The notes under the pieces: model-generated
Seen by the model: the letters and a program-made list of their open reading frames with translations, nothing else
Database searches by the model: none
Told to the model about the DNA's origin: nothing
Source of the DNA: a virus
Length of the DNA stretch: 64,000 bases
Direction: 5' to 3' (one strand)
IMG/VR virus record: IMGVR_UViG_3300027769_001114
Coordinates: 32,001 to 96,000 of that record
Shown: one piece after another, positions 9,290-19,940 of the stretch
Position numbering within the stretch: the stretch's first letter is position 1
Layout of the letters: every line of letters starts with the position of its first letter
Position numbers and translations under genes: made by a program

Positions 9290-9915
9290 TGTCCGGACCG
9301 TGGTCAGCAAAGGAGTATGTGTCCTACTACCTTCAGGAAGACTTGCCAAAACGCATCATCGGATACAGGAACCTGTGGCAACTTGACTCAGAACGCCTAC
9401 CCGTTCCTGAGAAGTATTTCTCGTATGAGCCGCCAGCTCTTGACCATTGGCCCATGCTGATTACGGTCGCCCTCTCAACTCCGTCAATGACAAGGACGGA
9501 CTACACCGACGGGATGAACCCCGTCTATCGAGTTGCCTACAACATGAGGACATACATCTGGGTCAGGCAGCCTCATGCCGAACTCGCTACAGAGAGCAGG
9601 GACAGGTTGACTACCGTCATCCGTTCTGCGCTCCTGGATAGGCAGTCTCTTTCGTCGCTTGACGACGAGAATCATGAACTCCTCATTGACGAAACCTCAA
9701 TGCGGGAAGAGTTCTCGGATATCACCTATGTCAAGGGTGATCGAGCTGTTGCCGGTTCGTTCATTGCTTACACATTGTCGCTAGACGAGGCCATAACAAG
9801 GCCCAATGTGTTCACGCCGACGGCGACGGAGATTGACCCAGATACCGGTGTCGCAAACGGTACGACTACGGACGTTTCAGGTATCTACGGGGTGTTGTCC
9901 CCGGATGAGGGTTGA
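9286..9915 (+). CDS. Putative tail terminator/completion protein
   Basis: Position between neck and sheath; 209 aa. Confidence 0.5.
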   Translation: MMSGPWSAKEYVSYYLQEDLPKRIIGYRNLWQLDSERLPVPEKYFSYEPPALDHWPMLITVALSTPSMTRTDYTDGMNPVYRVAYNMRTYIWVRQPHAELATESRDRLTTVIRSALLDRQSLSSLDDENHELLIDETSMREEFSDITYVKGDRAVAGSFIAYTLSLDEAITRPNVFTPTATEIDPDTGVANGTTTDVSGIYGVLSPDEG

Positions 9916-9933
9916 CTAGGTTAGGATTTCCGC

Positions 9934-10305
9934 GTGGCACAGGTCTTGATTTTCAATATGACGCAGAAAGCCGTCGTCGTCTCATCCAATGGGACGATTG
10001 TCAAGGCTCGCTCAACGGCAACAGCCGACGATTCAGATCCTGTCTTGACATCTGCTCTCAAGAGTGGTCGTGTGGTGCTAAAGTCCACCCCACAACCCTC
10101 AAAGGCAGAAGAGCCCAAGGTGGAAGCAAAGCCAGAAGAACCCGCACAGGAAGTAGAAGCACCGGCCGAGACGTTAGTCGTTGAGGAAGAGGCAGAAGCT
10201 CCCGTTGAGGAATCGGGCGAAACAGCGGGCGAAGAACCCGAAGAAACCCAAGAAGAAAACAAGTCGAAAAGGCCAACAAGGCCAAAAGTGGCGAAGGAGA
10301 ACTGA
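9934..10305 (+). CDS. Glu-rich small protein preceding the sheath
   Basis: Stop overlaps the sheath ATG (TGATG). Confidence 0.65.
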   Translation: MAQVLIFNMTQKAVVVSSNGTIVKARSTATADDSDPVLTSALKSGRVVLKSTPQPSKAEEPKVEAKPEEPAQEVEAPAETLVVEEEAEAPVEESGETAGEEPEETQEENKSKRPTRPKVAKEN

Positions 10306-11783
10306 TGCCCGGCGTAGTCGTCAACACAGGAGTTAGGGTCGGAGGCACTGGGGTAGAAGTCGCCCCCAGTAGCACATTCTTCGTGGTCGGAACCGCAGAA
10401 CGCGGTCGCGTTGCTACGCCGTTTGTCGTTCGCAGTATGGCTGACTTTGAGGCAGAGTTCGGCGGATATGACGCAAACTGCACTCTTTATCAACACATTG
10501 AGACATTCTTTGAGGAAGGCGGCATCCGTGCCGTAGTCCAGAGGCTCGTTGGGCCAGACGCAACCGCTGGAACGGTCAGCCTTCTTGACGCCGAAGACGA
10601 TGTCTGTATGACCCTTACTGCAGCCAATGACGGCGCATGGTCATCCAGTATCCTGGTCACGATCATTAAGACATCCAGCACCTACTCGCTCGTCGTCAAG
10701 TTTGATGGCACAACGGTGTTGAGTTCGCCGAGTCTTGCTTCAGTAGCAGAAGGCATCGCCCTCATCAACAGTCGCATCTCAAGCATCGTTGTCGCAACAG
10801 CAGGTGTCTCAAGTCTCATTCCTGCCACTCAGACTGAGTCACTCAGTGCTGGCGATGACGACATTGACAACGTTGCGTTCACAAACGACGACTTCGTCGC
10901 CGCGCTTGACAACTTTGGAGATGACCTTGGCACCGGTGCTGTGGCTATCCCCGAAAAGAATGGCTCAACCATTTGGGGCGGACTCAGGGATCATGCCGAA
11001 GCCACAAAGAGGATCGCCATCTGTGGTTTTGATGAAGCCGATTCTGCAGATGAAGCAATCGCCGACGCCGAAGACTACGCCGGAACCACATCTGGTGCCA
11101 AGTCCATTGCAAGCCATATGGCTTTCTACTGGCCGTCGGTATCGGCTCCAGACGGAAACGGCGCAACGCGCACTTTGTCACCAGAGTCATACGTGGCGGC
11201 AGTTAGGGCCAGGAACATCATCGCCAACAGAGGACCATGGAAGCCTGCCGCAGGCGTTTCGTCTTCAGCGAAGTTTATCGTCGGTCTCGTCAACGATGGG
11301 GTCGCCACCAAGGTCAACAAGACCGTTGGCAATGCTCTTGACGAAGGTCGAGTCAATGCCATCCGAGTCATTGACGGACAGATCCGCATCTACGGTGCGC
11401 GTTCTGCCTCGGCTGACGAAACCAACTGGCGTTACATCACATACCGCGACACAGTGAACCAAATCGCAACTGATTGCGAAAGCTCGCTTGAGAAGTATGT
11501 GTTCAGCCCAATCGACAGCAGGAAGAACCTCTTCGGCGCAATCTCGTCAAGCCTCACCACAATCCTTGAGGTTGTCAAGGACAACGGTGGTCTCTACGCA
11601 ATGGTGGACACCCTTGGCACGCAGGTTGACCGCGGTTACTCAATCGAGGTCTCCGATGCTCTCAACCCGATCACGGAACTTGCACAGGGCAAGATCGCCG
11701 CTAGGGTTGGAGTACGAGTCGCTGGTGTGGCCGACCTGGTCACTCTGACGATCACGAAGTCAACGCTAACAGCAGCACTCTGA
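10305..11783 (+). CDS. Tail sheath protein
   Basis: MPGVVV...FVVGTAERG...FFEEGG; FYWP; RGPWKPAAG; VNAIR...IYGARS...WRYI. Confidence 0.95.
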   Translation: MPGVVVNTGVRVGGTGVEVAPSSTFFVVGTAERGRVATPFVVRSMADFEAEFGGYDANCTLYQHIETFFEEGGIRAVVQRLVGPDATAGTVSLLDAEDDVCMTLTAANDGAWSSSILVTIIKTSSTYSLVVKFDGTTVLSSPSLASVAEGIALINSRISSIVVATAGVSSLIPATQTESLSAGDDDIDNVAFTNDDFVAALDNFGDDLGTGAVAIPEKNGSTIWGGLRDHAEATKRIAICGFDEADSADEAIADAEDYAGTTSGAKSIASHMAFYWPSVSAPDGNGATRTLSPESYVAAVRARNIIANRGPWKPAAGVSSSAKFIVGLVNDGVATKVNKTVGNALDEGRVNAIRVIDGQIRIYGARSASADETNWRYITYRDTVNQIATDCESSLEKYVFSPIDSRKNLFGAISSSLTTILEVVKDNGGLYAMVDTLGTQVDRGYSIEVSDALNPITELAQGKIAARVGVRVAGVADLVTLTITKSTLTAAL

Positions 11784-11802
11784 GAAAAAGGAACGAAAAA
11801 AA

Positions 11803-12312
11803 ATGGCAAAGATTTCACAGCGCCAAGTAGTAGCCAAAGTCATCGCCATCGAAGGCAAGGGCGGGCGCGACACGACTGCAAACAGTTTCAGCAGTGCCAC
11901 GAGGGCTTACTTCTCGCAAGTTTCTGGCGGAGAGATTCAGGCATCAGTAGAAAAGGTCTACGACGGCGGATCGACCTTCCCAGAAGTATTGCCTTCGGTC
12001 ATCGAAGTCGGCGACGTCACCGTCACTCGTCACTACGATCCTGCAGTTGACGCTTCTGTCATCTCGTTTTACAGGGACAAAGTCGGCAGGCAGTACTTCA
12101 GGGTTGAAATCTTGACGCTTGACGCAGACGGCAACCAAACTGGCTACACCCGCAAGTACGAAGATTGCATCCTCGTCAACATCACCGAGCCAGACGGCGA
12201 CGCCTCTTCAGGTGGACCCGCAACCTTCTCGTTGACGTTCTCGGTCAGTAAGGCGACCGACATTGCCTTCACCGGCACGACGCCCACCCCCGCAACGACA
12301 GTCGTCATCTGA
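11803..12312 (+). CDS. Tail tube protein
   Basis: After the sheath; FSQVSGG...GDVTVTR...PDGDASS (T4 gp19-like). Confidence 0.85.
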   Translation: MAKISQRQVVAKVIAIEGKGGRDTTANSFSSATRAYFSQVSGGEIQASVEKVYDGGSTFPEVLPSVIEVGDVTVTRHYDPAVDASVISFYRDKVGRQYFRVEILTLDADGNQTGYTRKYEDCILVNITEPDGDASSGGPATFSLTFSVSKATDIAFTGTTPTPATTVVI

Positions 12313-12377
12313 CGCAAGAGGCGTACATCCTCTGCTAGTCTCCTAGTTGTCTTACTACGACACTATGGAGGCTACAA

Positions 12378-12869
12378 ATGGACGGTATTGACAACGACGA
12401 AATGTACTCGCACCCGGTTGACTCTGGTGAGAGCACGCTCAGTAAACTGCGCAACGAACTCACCAAGAAGGTGCGCCGACCCGAGATCTTCCTTGAGGTT
12501 CCAGAGCGTCCCAGCATGGCTGTTCGCTACTCGCCGAACATCAACCAGAACCAAGTCCGCGCATGGCGCAGGAACTCTGGCGAGGACACAAAGAACGGCA
12601 TGGACGCAACGAAGTTCGCTTGCTATGTGCTTGCCAACACTTGCACCGGAATCATCATGGACGGCGAAACCGCAAGGGACGACCGTGGCGACGAACTTGT
12701 ATTCGGTTCAGACGAGATCATGAAGATGGTCGGAGCAGAGCGCGTGCAAGAAGCCATTAGGTCTATCTATGTCGTTGAACCGCACATTGAAGCAACTGCG
12801 CTTGCCGTCATGGAGGCCGCCGGGTTCAATGACTCGGTTGAACAGGTGGACCCTACGAAGCAGCCCTAG
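12378..12869 (+). CDS. Tail assembly chaperone (G)
   Basis: Between tube and tape measure; ends VDPTKQP. Confidence 0.8.
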   Translation: MDGIDNDEMYSHPVDSGESTLSKLRNELTKKVRRPEIFLEVPERPSMAVRYSPNINQNQVRAWRRNSGEDTKNGMDATKFACYVLANTCTGIIMDGETARDDRGDELVFGSDEIMKMVGAERVQEAIRSIYVVEPHIEATALAVMEAAGFNDSVEQVDPTKQP

Positions 12870-13048
12870 ACTGGCTGCTCGAAGAACCACATGTCGTCTC
12901 TGCAGCGAGAATCGCTGAGATGTTCCATATAGATCCCATCACCGTTCTTGGGTCGGATGACTTTAACTGGATGCTCCGCGTCGCTTGTGCTAAGGTGGTC
13001 GCACGCGACCATGAAGCTCAATCCAGTAAAATGAGGCAGGGCAACTAA
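12851..13048 (+). CDS. Tail assembly chaperone -1 frameshift extension (GT); absent from the ORF track
   Basis: -1 frame open for 65 codons from G-GAC-CCT (PYEAALDWLLEEPHVVSAARIAEMF...MRQGN*), filling the gap to the tape measure gene. Confidence 0.7.
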   Translation, partial: PYEAALDWLLEEPHVVSAARIAEMFHIDPITVLGSDDFNWMLRVACAKVVARDHEAQSSKMRQGN

Positions 13049-13081
13049 TGGTCGCCGTCTCTGCGTAGGAGGTGACCAAAC

Positions 13082-16000
13082 TTGAGCATGATCCCTGGAG
13101 GCGCAGACGCATCCGTAAGTATCAAGGTTGACGTCGACGACGCTGGCGCACAGGCGAGGATCGCCGCTCTTGAGACACGCCTCAAGGCACTTGAGAAGCA
13201 GTTCAGTGGCACGGGCAAGGGTGCCCAAAACTACGGCAAGCAACTTGACGATGTCTCCAAAAAAGCGGGGAGCAGTGACAAGTCGCAGAAAAACCTAATG
13301 AAGTCGGGCCAGGCCTTGGGTCAAATGTTCGGCAGGCTCGGTAAGTTTGCCAAGTTTGCCGGCATTGAGCTTGCGGTTCTGACCGCCGGTCTTGGTGCAA
13401 TGAAACTTGCTCTCTGGGCCGGACAGACCGCAATGAAGGGATTCCATGCTCTGTTGCGTGCTACCGGTGCCGCCGCCGGTGTCGCCGTAGGTGCGATAGC
13501 GACGGTTCTGGCCGCCCTAAGGGAGGTGCAGTCCGTCAAACTTGCGCCAATCCTCGGAGGGATTGGTAACGCCAAGACTCAGACCAACGCCTTCTTTGCC
13601 GATAGGCGTTTCGCCATGTTTGATCAGAAGACTATGGCGAGCATCATGCAGTCGGCTGCCGAGCAGGGTCAAGTCATTGACGCTACTTTCCGTAATCAAC
13701 TCGCCAACCTTGCTAACTATTCGCTTGGCGATCCTAAAAAACTTGCAGAGATGCAGAAGACCTTTCAGCAAATACAAAAAGACGGCAAGGTCACTGCTCA
13801 GACTTATGCCCAACTTCAGACATCGTCGCCTGCGTTGGCTAAGGCGTTTGATGAGATGGCTGGCGGAACAAAGAAGGGCGAGGCGGCAGCGAAGTCTGGC
13901 GCAGTCACCTACAAGAAGTTCTTTGACGCAGTTCAAGAAGGCAAACTGAAAGCACTTGAGCCTTTCCAGGGTGCGCTTGAGAACATCAACGACACCTTGA
14001 TGGCTAGGTTCAAGGGTTCGGTAATGGGTGTCAAGGAGCAACTCACCAGGATGGGCGAACCGTTACTCCAAGGGTTCAAGAGACCACTCACGATCATTGA
14101 ACGTGAGATCAGTCTGTTCATCCTAAAGATCAACGGCACTGTCGGCAAAGTGTTCCCAACATTGTTTGATGTAAAGGACAACAACAATAACTCGATTACG
14201 AGAATGTTTGACAAACTTGCCAGCTCCATCAACACAAACATGGGCAAGATTTCTGGATGGATTACATCATTCCAGAGTTGGGGACGTTCTGTGCGGAGTT
14301 GGTTTGGCGACACCGGGGACATGCTTGCAAAGTTCTCCAGAGGGTGGGACAAGCTTTACAACAAGATCCTCAAGCCGATCGGCGTTGAGGTAGTCAAGAC
14401 GCTTGGTCACTTATTTGAGCAGTTCAATAAGACCATTGACTCGGCCCCGCTCAACTCATTTGAGACGGCGATCGGCAACATTGGAGAGATCATCCGAAAC
14501 CTAATCACTGGTTTTGCCCAACTCAAAGTCGTCATGGCTCCCATAGTCACGTCGTTCCTAAGTATTGCGTCGGCAATCTCAAAGATCACCAGCATCCCCG
14601 GACTACAGACGATCCTCCCCTTGCTCCTCATGGGCAAGCTTATGGGCGGCAGGGGCAAAGTTCTAAACACGCAGACCGACGCCGCTGGCAATGTGATTGG
14701 GCGGACATTGAAGGGTGGCGGCGGCATGGGCGGCGTGGGAATGGGCGCTTCCATGTTCATGGCCGGCGGTATGGGTGGCGGTGGAATACTCGGCTCGTTG
14801 ATGATGCCACTGATGATGGGCATGTCTGGCTTTGGCATGAATACCAGGGCCGGTGCGGCGAGTGCTGGCAACTATGCGTCAAACCGTGCCATCGGTGCGG
14901 GGAGGATACCATCGGCACTACTTTCTAGTGGTTTAGGTTTCGGCCTTGCTCAGAACTTGCGTGGCGGAATGGGTGTCAGGGACTCTATGCACTTGGCGGG
15001 TTCAGGTGCAAGAGGTGCAATGACTGATGGCTTCACCAACAGGAAGGGTGACATCATTCAGGGATCTGTCGCTACTACGCGGCAGGCAAGGATTGACGCT
15101 CTGATGGCAAATAGGCAAGCCATGCTGGCCAGGACTAAGGGCGCAATGGGTCAGGAGACCTTTTCTGACTATGTAAAACGCAGTGGTTTTACCAAGAAAG
15201 GCAAGTCCTACTTTAATCAGTATGGTGCCAAGTTTACGCAGAGCGAGATGGAATCACTGCACTCGAGGGAAAATGCCGTAGGTAGGAGGCAAGGCATCAA
15301 GTCCAATAGGGCGGGCAATGCTCAGCAGATTCGGGCCGAGAAACTTCAAGCAATAGCAACTGGCAAGGTACAGGGCAAGGAAGCGGGTAAGGCTTTCGTC
15401 AGGGATGCCGGGGCGAAGTTTGGCAAGGCGGCCGGTGCGATGGGCGCAACCATTGGCTTAACCATGATCGGTGGCATGATTCAGCAGAACGCCGGGACGA
15501 ACAAGACGATGGCTGGTCTTGGTGGTGCTATGTCTGGCGCAGGGATGGGCATGTCAATGGGAGCCGCTTTTGGTCCCGCAGGGATGGTCGCAGGTGCGCT
15601 TATAGGTGGAGGACTCGGTTTTCTTAGCGGCAGGAGTAACGCTCAGAAGCAGAAAGAGGCAAACGAAGATCAGGCGCGCAACTACGTTCAGGAGAATGTC
15701 TTCGGCAATAAGACTTTCAATAGGTCAGAGGACTTTGCTGCGGCGCGAGCAAATGTCGCCAGGTTGCAGCTGAATCTTGCCAAAGTTGGCGAGGGGCCAA
15801 ACAGCCTCACAGCACAGATTGCCGAGATTGGAGCTAGGGAAGCAGAGATCCCTCAATCAACTCGACTTGGTGTTGAGGCAAAGGCGCGGGCAAAGTTTGG
15901 GACAAGCGGCGACATCTATCAGAACTCCGCAGCAATGAAGTTCATGACCGAGGAAATCATGAAAATGGGCTCGTTCACCAACGACCAACTTGATGAGATG

Positions 16001-17599
16001 TTCGGTGATGACGGCGTAATCAGCAATCTTGAGGACATGGCTTACGCCACAGAGGGCGTGTATAAATACGGGATTGGTGAAGCTGAACAGAAACTCAAGG
16101 CAAGCCTAGAAGCAGAGAGAAAAGCACTCATTGACTCAATGGGTGACACTGACATCATGAGCGAAGAACTTGCAGCGTCACTGAGAGAAATCGCAGACCG
16201 AGAGAAGGTCTACGACGAGATGATCGGAAAGACGATGCACACCCTGGATGGAACGGGTGTCACCGCAAGTCAGGTTGCCTCTCTGTTTGACGAACTCGGT
16301 TACTCGATTGAGGAGACGAGTGTCGGCATACATGAGTTCAATACGTTGATTGGCATGACGGGCGATGTTGCTGCAGATATCGCCAACGGTGCCGGGAGAC
16401 TTGGTAGAACATTGCTCACTCAGACACAGAAGGACATGGCGGTCGCCGAGTCCAGGAGCAGGTTGCAACAGCAACTTGAGACGATGTTTGCGGTCAAGGG
16501 CAGTGTTGGCGCATCCGAAGGAACGAGGGTAGCCGGCGAGACACTCAACGAAGTCGTCGGCAATGCTATGTCCGAACTTGCGGCAGGAAACTATACCTTT
16601 GAGCAGATGCTCGGCAAGACTGGCGAGTCGGGCCTACTTCAGAATCAGTTGTACACACTCGTCATGAACAGTTTTAAGGGCAATGTGTCGCAGGATGTCA
16701 TTGACCAACTGGCCAGATCTATATTTGGCGATCCGAATAAGCCCGGTACTGGGATGTTGGCAGACCTAGAGAGGGCGAAGACCGACCCGTTTGCGAGGGC
16801 GCAGTACGACGCCGTGTTCAATCAGGGCTTTACCGGCAAGATTGACGAACTCACGAAGATCCTCGGTGGAAAGATCGCTGGTGGTGCTGACCCCGTCTCG
16901 GCACTCAACGAGGGCATGGTTGATCTTGAAAAGTATCTAACGGATCAAGGCATCAAACTCGACCCCGCTGCTGAGGAGAAACTCAAGAATATCCTCGGTA
17001 GTACATTGCTCAACACACCCACGGCGATGGCAGAGGCAATGCGGTCGGCGGGGGCAGACGTGGCCGCAATGATTAGGTCGGCAATGACCGGTGGACCAGA
17101 TCCAGCTTTATTTGAGCTAGATCCGACGAAAGACGTTCCTGGTGCGAACCCATATGCGATTGGCGACACGACGAGCAGTAGGTTTGCTCGCACTATGTCA
17201 TCGCACGCCAGCCTCAACTCCATGGTTCCTGGCAAACGCACCGTTACCTCTGGCGTCAGGAACACGATGCTCGGCTCGATGGGTTCTGACCATGCAACGG
17301 GCGCAGCTTACGATCTCGTCGGCGATAATCTTGTCTCCTACGCCAACAATGTCAAGACGGCCGGTGGCTTTGCCGAGTTCCATGGTGGCACGGCGGACAA
17401 GCATCTGCATGTCGTGCCACCCGTCGGTGACACAACCTCCTCCCGTTCAGTCGGCTACGCTTCGGGCGGTTCGGGTAGTTCAATCAACAACTACAACTTT
17501 GAGATAAACGGTGGCGACGGGGCCAACGCACAGGAGATCGCTGACGCAGTCATGGATAGGATCGCTAGGGCTGAGAGAAATAGGAGGGAGAGGTCATGA
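13082..17599 (+). CDS. Tape measure protein with C-terminal M15/LAS-like peptidase domain
   Basis: 1505 aa, helical, Ala/Gly-rich; AGGAGG SD; C-terminal TSGVR...SDHATGAAYD...HLHV. Confidence 0.92.
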   Translation: MSMIPGGADASVSIKVDVDDAGAQARIAALETRLKALEKQFSGTGKGAQNYGKQLDDVSKKAGSSDKSQKNLMKSGQALGQMFGRLGKFAKFAGIELAVLTAGLGAMKLALWAGQTAMKGFHALLRATGAAAGVAVGAIATVLAALREVQSVKLAPILGGIGNAKTQTNAFFADRRFAMFDQKTMASIMQSAAEQGQVIDATFRNQLANLANYSLGDPKKLAEMQKTFQQIQKDGKVTAQTYAQLQTSSPALAKAFDEMAGGTKKGEAAAKSGAVTYKKFFDAVQEGKLKALEPFQGALENINDTLMARFKGSVMGVKEQLTRMGEPLLQGFKRPLTIIEREISLFILKINGTVGKVFPTLFDVKDNNNNSITRMFDKLASSINTNMGKISGWITSFQSWGRSVRSWFGDTGDMLAKFSRGWDKLYNKILKPIGVEVVKTLGHLFEQFNKTIDSAPLNSFETAIGNIGEIIRNLITGFAQLKVVMAPIVTSFLSIASAISKITSIPGLQTILPLLLMGKLMGGRGKVLNTQTDAAGNVIGRTLKGGGGMGGVGMGASMFMAGGMGGGGILGSLMMPLMMGMSGFGMNTRAGAASAGNYASNRAIGAGRIPSALLSSGLGFGLAQNLRGGMGVRDSMHLAGSGARGAMTDGFTNRKGDIIQGSVATTRQARIDALMANRQAMLARTKGAMGQETFSDYVKRSGFTKKGKSYFNQYGAKFTQSEMESLHSRENAVGRRQGIKSNRAGNAQQIRAEKLQAIATGKVQGKEAGKAFVRDAGAKFGKAAGAMGATIGLTMIGGMIQQNAGTNKTMAGLGGAMSGAGMGMSMGAAFGPAGMVAGALIGGGLGFLSGRSNAQKQKEANEDQARNYVQENVFGNKTFNRSEDFAAARANVARLQLNLAKVGEGPNSLTAQIAEIGAREAEIPQSTRLGVEAKARAKFGTSGDIYQNSAAMKFMTEEIMKMGSFTNDQLDEMFGDDGVISNLEDMAYATEGVYKYGIGEAEQKLKASLEAERKALIDSMGDTDIMSEELAASLREIADREKVYDEMIGKTMHTLDGTGVTASQVASLFDELGYSIEETSVGIHEFNTLIGMTGDVAADIANGAGRLGRTLLTQTQKDMAVAESRSRLQQQLETMFAVKGSVGASEGTRVAGETLNEVVGNAMSELAAGNYTFEQMLGKTGESGLLQNQLYTLVMNSFKGNVSQDVIDQLARSIFGDPNKPGTGMLADLERAKTDPFARAQYDAVFNQGFTGKIDELTKILGGKIAGGADPVSALNEGMVDLEKYLTDQGIKLDPAAEEKLKNILGSTLLNTPTAMAEAMRSAGADVAAMIRSAMTGGPDPALFELDPTKDVPGANPYAIGDTTSSRFARTMSSHASLNSMVPGKRTVTSGVRNTMLGSMGSDHATGAAYDLVGDNLVSYANNVKTAGGFAEFHGGTADKHLHVVPPVGDTTSSRSVGYASGGSGSSINNYNFEINGGDGANAQEIADAVMDRIARAERNRRERS

Positions 17600-18450
17600 G
17601 TGCCGTACTACCCCCATTGTCTTACTTTCAGATCCGCAGACCTTCACTCGGGACTCAACCGCCTTTAGGCGTTAGGACTCAGGCGACGGCAAGAACCGTA
17701 TCTAGTTCTGCGTCAATCGCCGAACTCCGAAGGCGTACTGCTCAGTCAAATCGAAGAACCACTATGCCCGTATTGTCTGGCTGGACCGCAAATGGCACGC
17801 GGAACATAGCCGCACAATCAGCACCTGCCATTACGGTACTACCTGATGCCAAGAAACTGAAGTTGACGTCCTTTGCCACGGTGTCCGCAACGAGCACCGA
17901 GAGGATTTCGTATTCTTTCGTCATCTCCCCAAATGAGGTATCAACCAACAGGGTTGGCCTCAACTACAGCGAAATCGCTCGCCCCGGCAGGAAATCCCTA
18001 CTTAGGGTCTCGTCCATCAACCTTCAGCAACTGACGATCACGGTCATGGTGATCAACAACGACAGGACATATAAGTCATCTGCGCAGTCGCAGATCAACG
18101 CGCTTGAGGGTCTCGCCAACCTTGACTACGATGTTTCGATCTTCTATTCAGGAGTTGACCCCGCCAAAAGGTGGAGAATAACTGATGTTCGTTTCAAGGC
18201 CATGCGTAGGAACGCCGACAACGAAATAACCATTGCCGAGGCTGACATTACTTTTACGGAAGTTATGGCTACTCCAGCCGTCGTTCCTGGTATGCCAAAG
18301 ATCAAAGATGTACCCTCGTCAAGAAACAGTCCAACGAATCCTGGCGCAACAGATTCAACACAACGTGGTGGCGACGAGGAACTCATCAACCAGATCCTGC
18401 TTGCTGGACCAACACCGAACAACCCTGGCACATCTGGCGGAGGAACGTAG
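17596..18450 (+). CDS. Tail tube initiator / baseplate protein
   Basis: Follows the tape measure; F...PNEV...WRITD...AEADITFTE. Confidence 0.65.
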   Translation: MSAVLPPLSYFQIRRPSLGTQPPLGVRTQATARTVSSSASIAELRRRTAQSNRRTTMPVLSGWTANGTRNIAAQSAPAITVLPDAKKLKLTSFATVSATSTERISYSFVISPNEVSTNRVGLNYSEIARPGRKSLLRVSSINLQQLTITVMVINNDRTYKSSAQSQINALEGLANLDYDVSIFYSGVDPAKRWRITDVRFKAMRRNADNEITIAEADITFTEVMATPAVVPGMPKIKDVPSSRNSPTNPGATDSTQRGGDEELINQILLAGPTPNNPGTSGGGT

Positions 18451-18452
18451 TC

Positions 18453-19940
18453 GTGGCGATAACCGGAGTTCTCCTCGGAGACCTCGGCGAGCCAGGTGTC
18501 GTCGTCTCGAAGTCCAGGAAGGACGACATCGTCGTTCTAACCTCACAGGCATCACACAACCTCTCCATTGGTGACGGCATTGTCGTCTCGGGGCTTGGTG
18601 CGGGGTGGGATGGAACATTCGTCGTCGTTGCCGTGGCGTTCGGCGTCCTGTTCTCCTATAAGTCCGCAGGAGCAGATATTTCTCCAGTTGCGGCCACTGG
18701 GAAATATCAGAAGTCAGACGGCCCCACCGCCGATATATCCGAGATCATTACAAGTATGAGCGTGAGCCTCACGGCCGCAGAGATTAGTCAAGTGTCAATC
18801 ACCATTGCCGATCCGGGTCTTGTCTACATGAACGCCGATTACTTTCAACTTAGGCAGAAGATCAAATGCCTCGGCGAAATCTTTGAGATATCCGTTATTG
18901 AGGTATCGCAGAGTTCAGCAGGCGAGTCGGTGACTCTTGATTGCAGACTAACTGGGATACAGCAGTTGAGGAGAGATAAGGGTTCTGCCGTTTTCACGGC
19001 TGGTTCGGCAACATCTTTCTGCTCCGAACGAGCAAGACTCGTTGGACTTGACTTCTTCGGCGAGAGCACGGCAGCCAAGTCGTCCATCTCCCGTATCAGG
19101 AACGACACGACCGACGAGTCAACATGGGACGTCATCAAGAGGCTCGCGGGGGACAACCAGTTCATGGCGTTCGAGACAGGCGGAAGGCTCTTCTTCACCT
19201 CGCAACAGTTCTTGCTTGGCAAGTACGCAATATCCGACGCATCGGCCACGCCGGGCTTCTTGACTACGGTCGTCAGGTGGACGCCTAGATACGGGACGCA
19301 AGTACTGAACGACGCCGCCTCAACATCGGTCGCCGCACTCACATCGCCAAAGATTGACAGCCCTCCGGGAAGGCCCGTCCTCAAGAAGTCGTCCAAGGAT
19401 ACGGCACATGTCAAGTATCTTCAGGAAGTTCTCAGGCAGAGGGCAGGAAACCCCACGCTCGTGGTGGACGGGATATTTGGTAATAAGACATACAACGCCG
19501 TCGTTGGGTTGCAACGTTTCTTCAAGATCAGTGTTGACGGTATTGTTGGCGCACAGACATGGCCAATCGTTGACTTCCTCGCCTCTGGCTACAAGGGTGC
19601 GGATTCAGGTAGGAACTATGTCATTGAGCCTCTTGAGTGCCCAACGGTTCGCAGGTCAGACGACACCTATGAAGAGATGACGGCTCAGTTCCGCGTAGAG
19701 AGGGAAGTCGGCAGACTACTCAGACCGGGGATGACCATCACGATGGAGGGGATACCAGGCTTTACCGCCAACCTGCTCGTGAGCGAAGTCTCATGGGAGG
19801 AGGGGACACCCGACCCCGTGTCCGTCTCCGCCATAACACCGAGCCTGCCCAACGAATACAAGAAGAGGCAGGAACTACTCGCCAAGATTGACCTTACTGG
19901 TGGCGGTTTCGTAAGTAGTACGGCAGGGAGTTTTGAGTGA
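18453..19940 (+). CDS. Baseplate hub protein with inserted peptidoglycan-binding domain
   Basis: ESTWDVIKRLA...GGRLFF (gpD/gp27-like); VDGIFG.KT..AV..LQ...VDGIVG..TW (PG_binding_1). Confidence 0.8.
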   Translation: MAITGVLLGDLGEPGVVVSKSRKDDIVVLTSQASHNLSIGDGIVVSGLGAGWDGTFVVVAVAFGVLFSYKSAGADISPVAATGKYQKSDGPTADISEIITSMSVSLTAAEISQVSITIADPGLVYMNADYFQLRQKIKCLGEIFEISVIEVSQSSAGESVTLDCRLTGIQQLRRDKGSAVFTAGSATSFCSERARLVGLDFFGESTAAKSSISRIRNDTTDESTWDVIKRLAGDNQFMAFETGGRLFFTSQQFLLGKYAISDASATPGFLTTVVRWTPRYGTQVLNDAASTSVAALTSPKIDSPPGRPVLKKSSKDTAHVKYLQEVLRQRAGNPTLVVDGIFGNKTYNAVVGLQRFFKISVDGIVGAQTWPIVDFLASGYKGADSGRNYVIEPLECPTVRRSDDTYEEMTAQFRVEREVGRLLRPGMTITMEGIPGFTANLLVSEVSWEEGTPDPVSVSAITPSLPNEYKKRQELLAKIDLTGGGFVSSTAGSFE

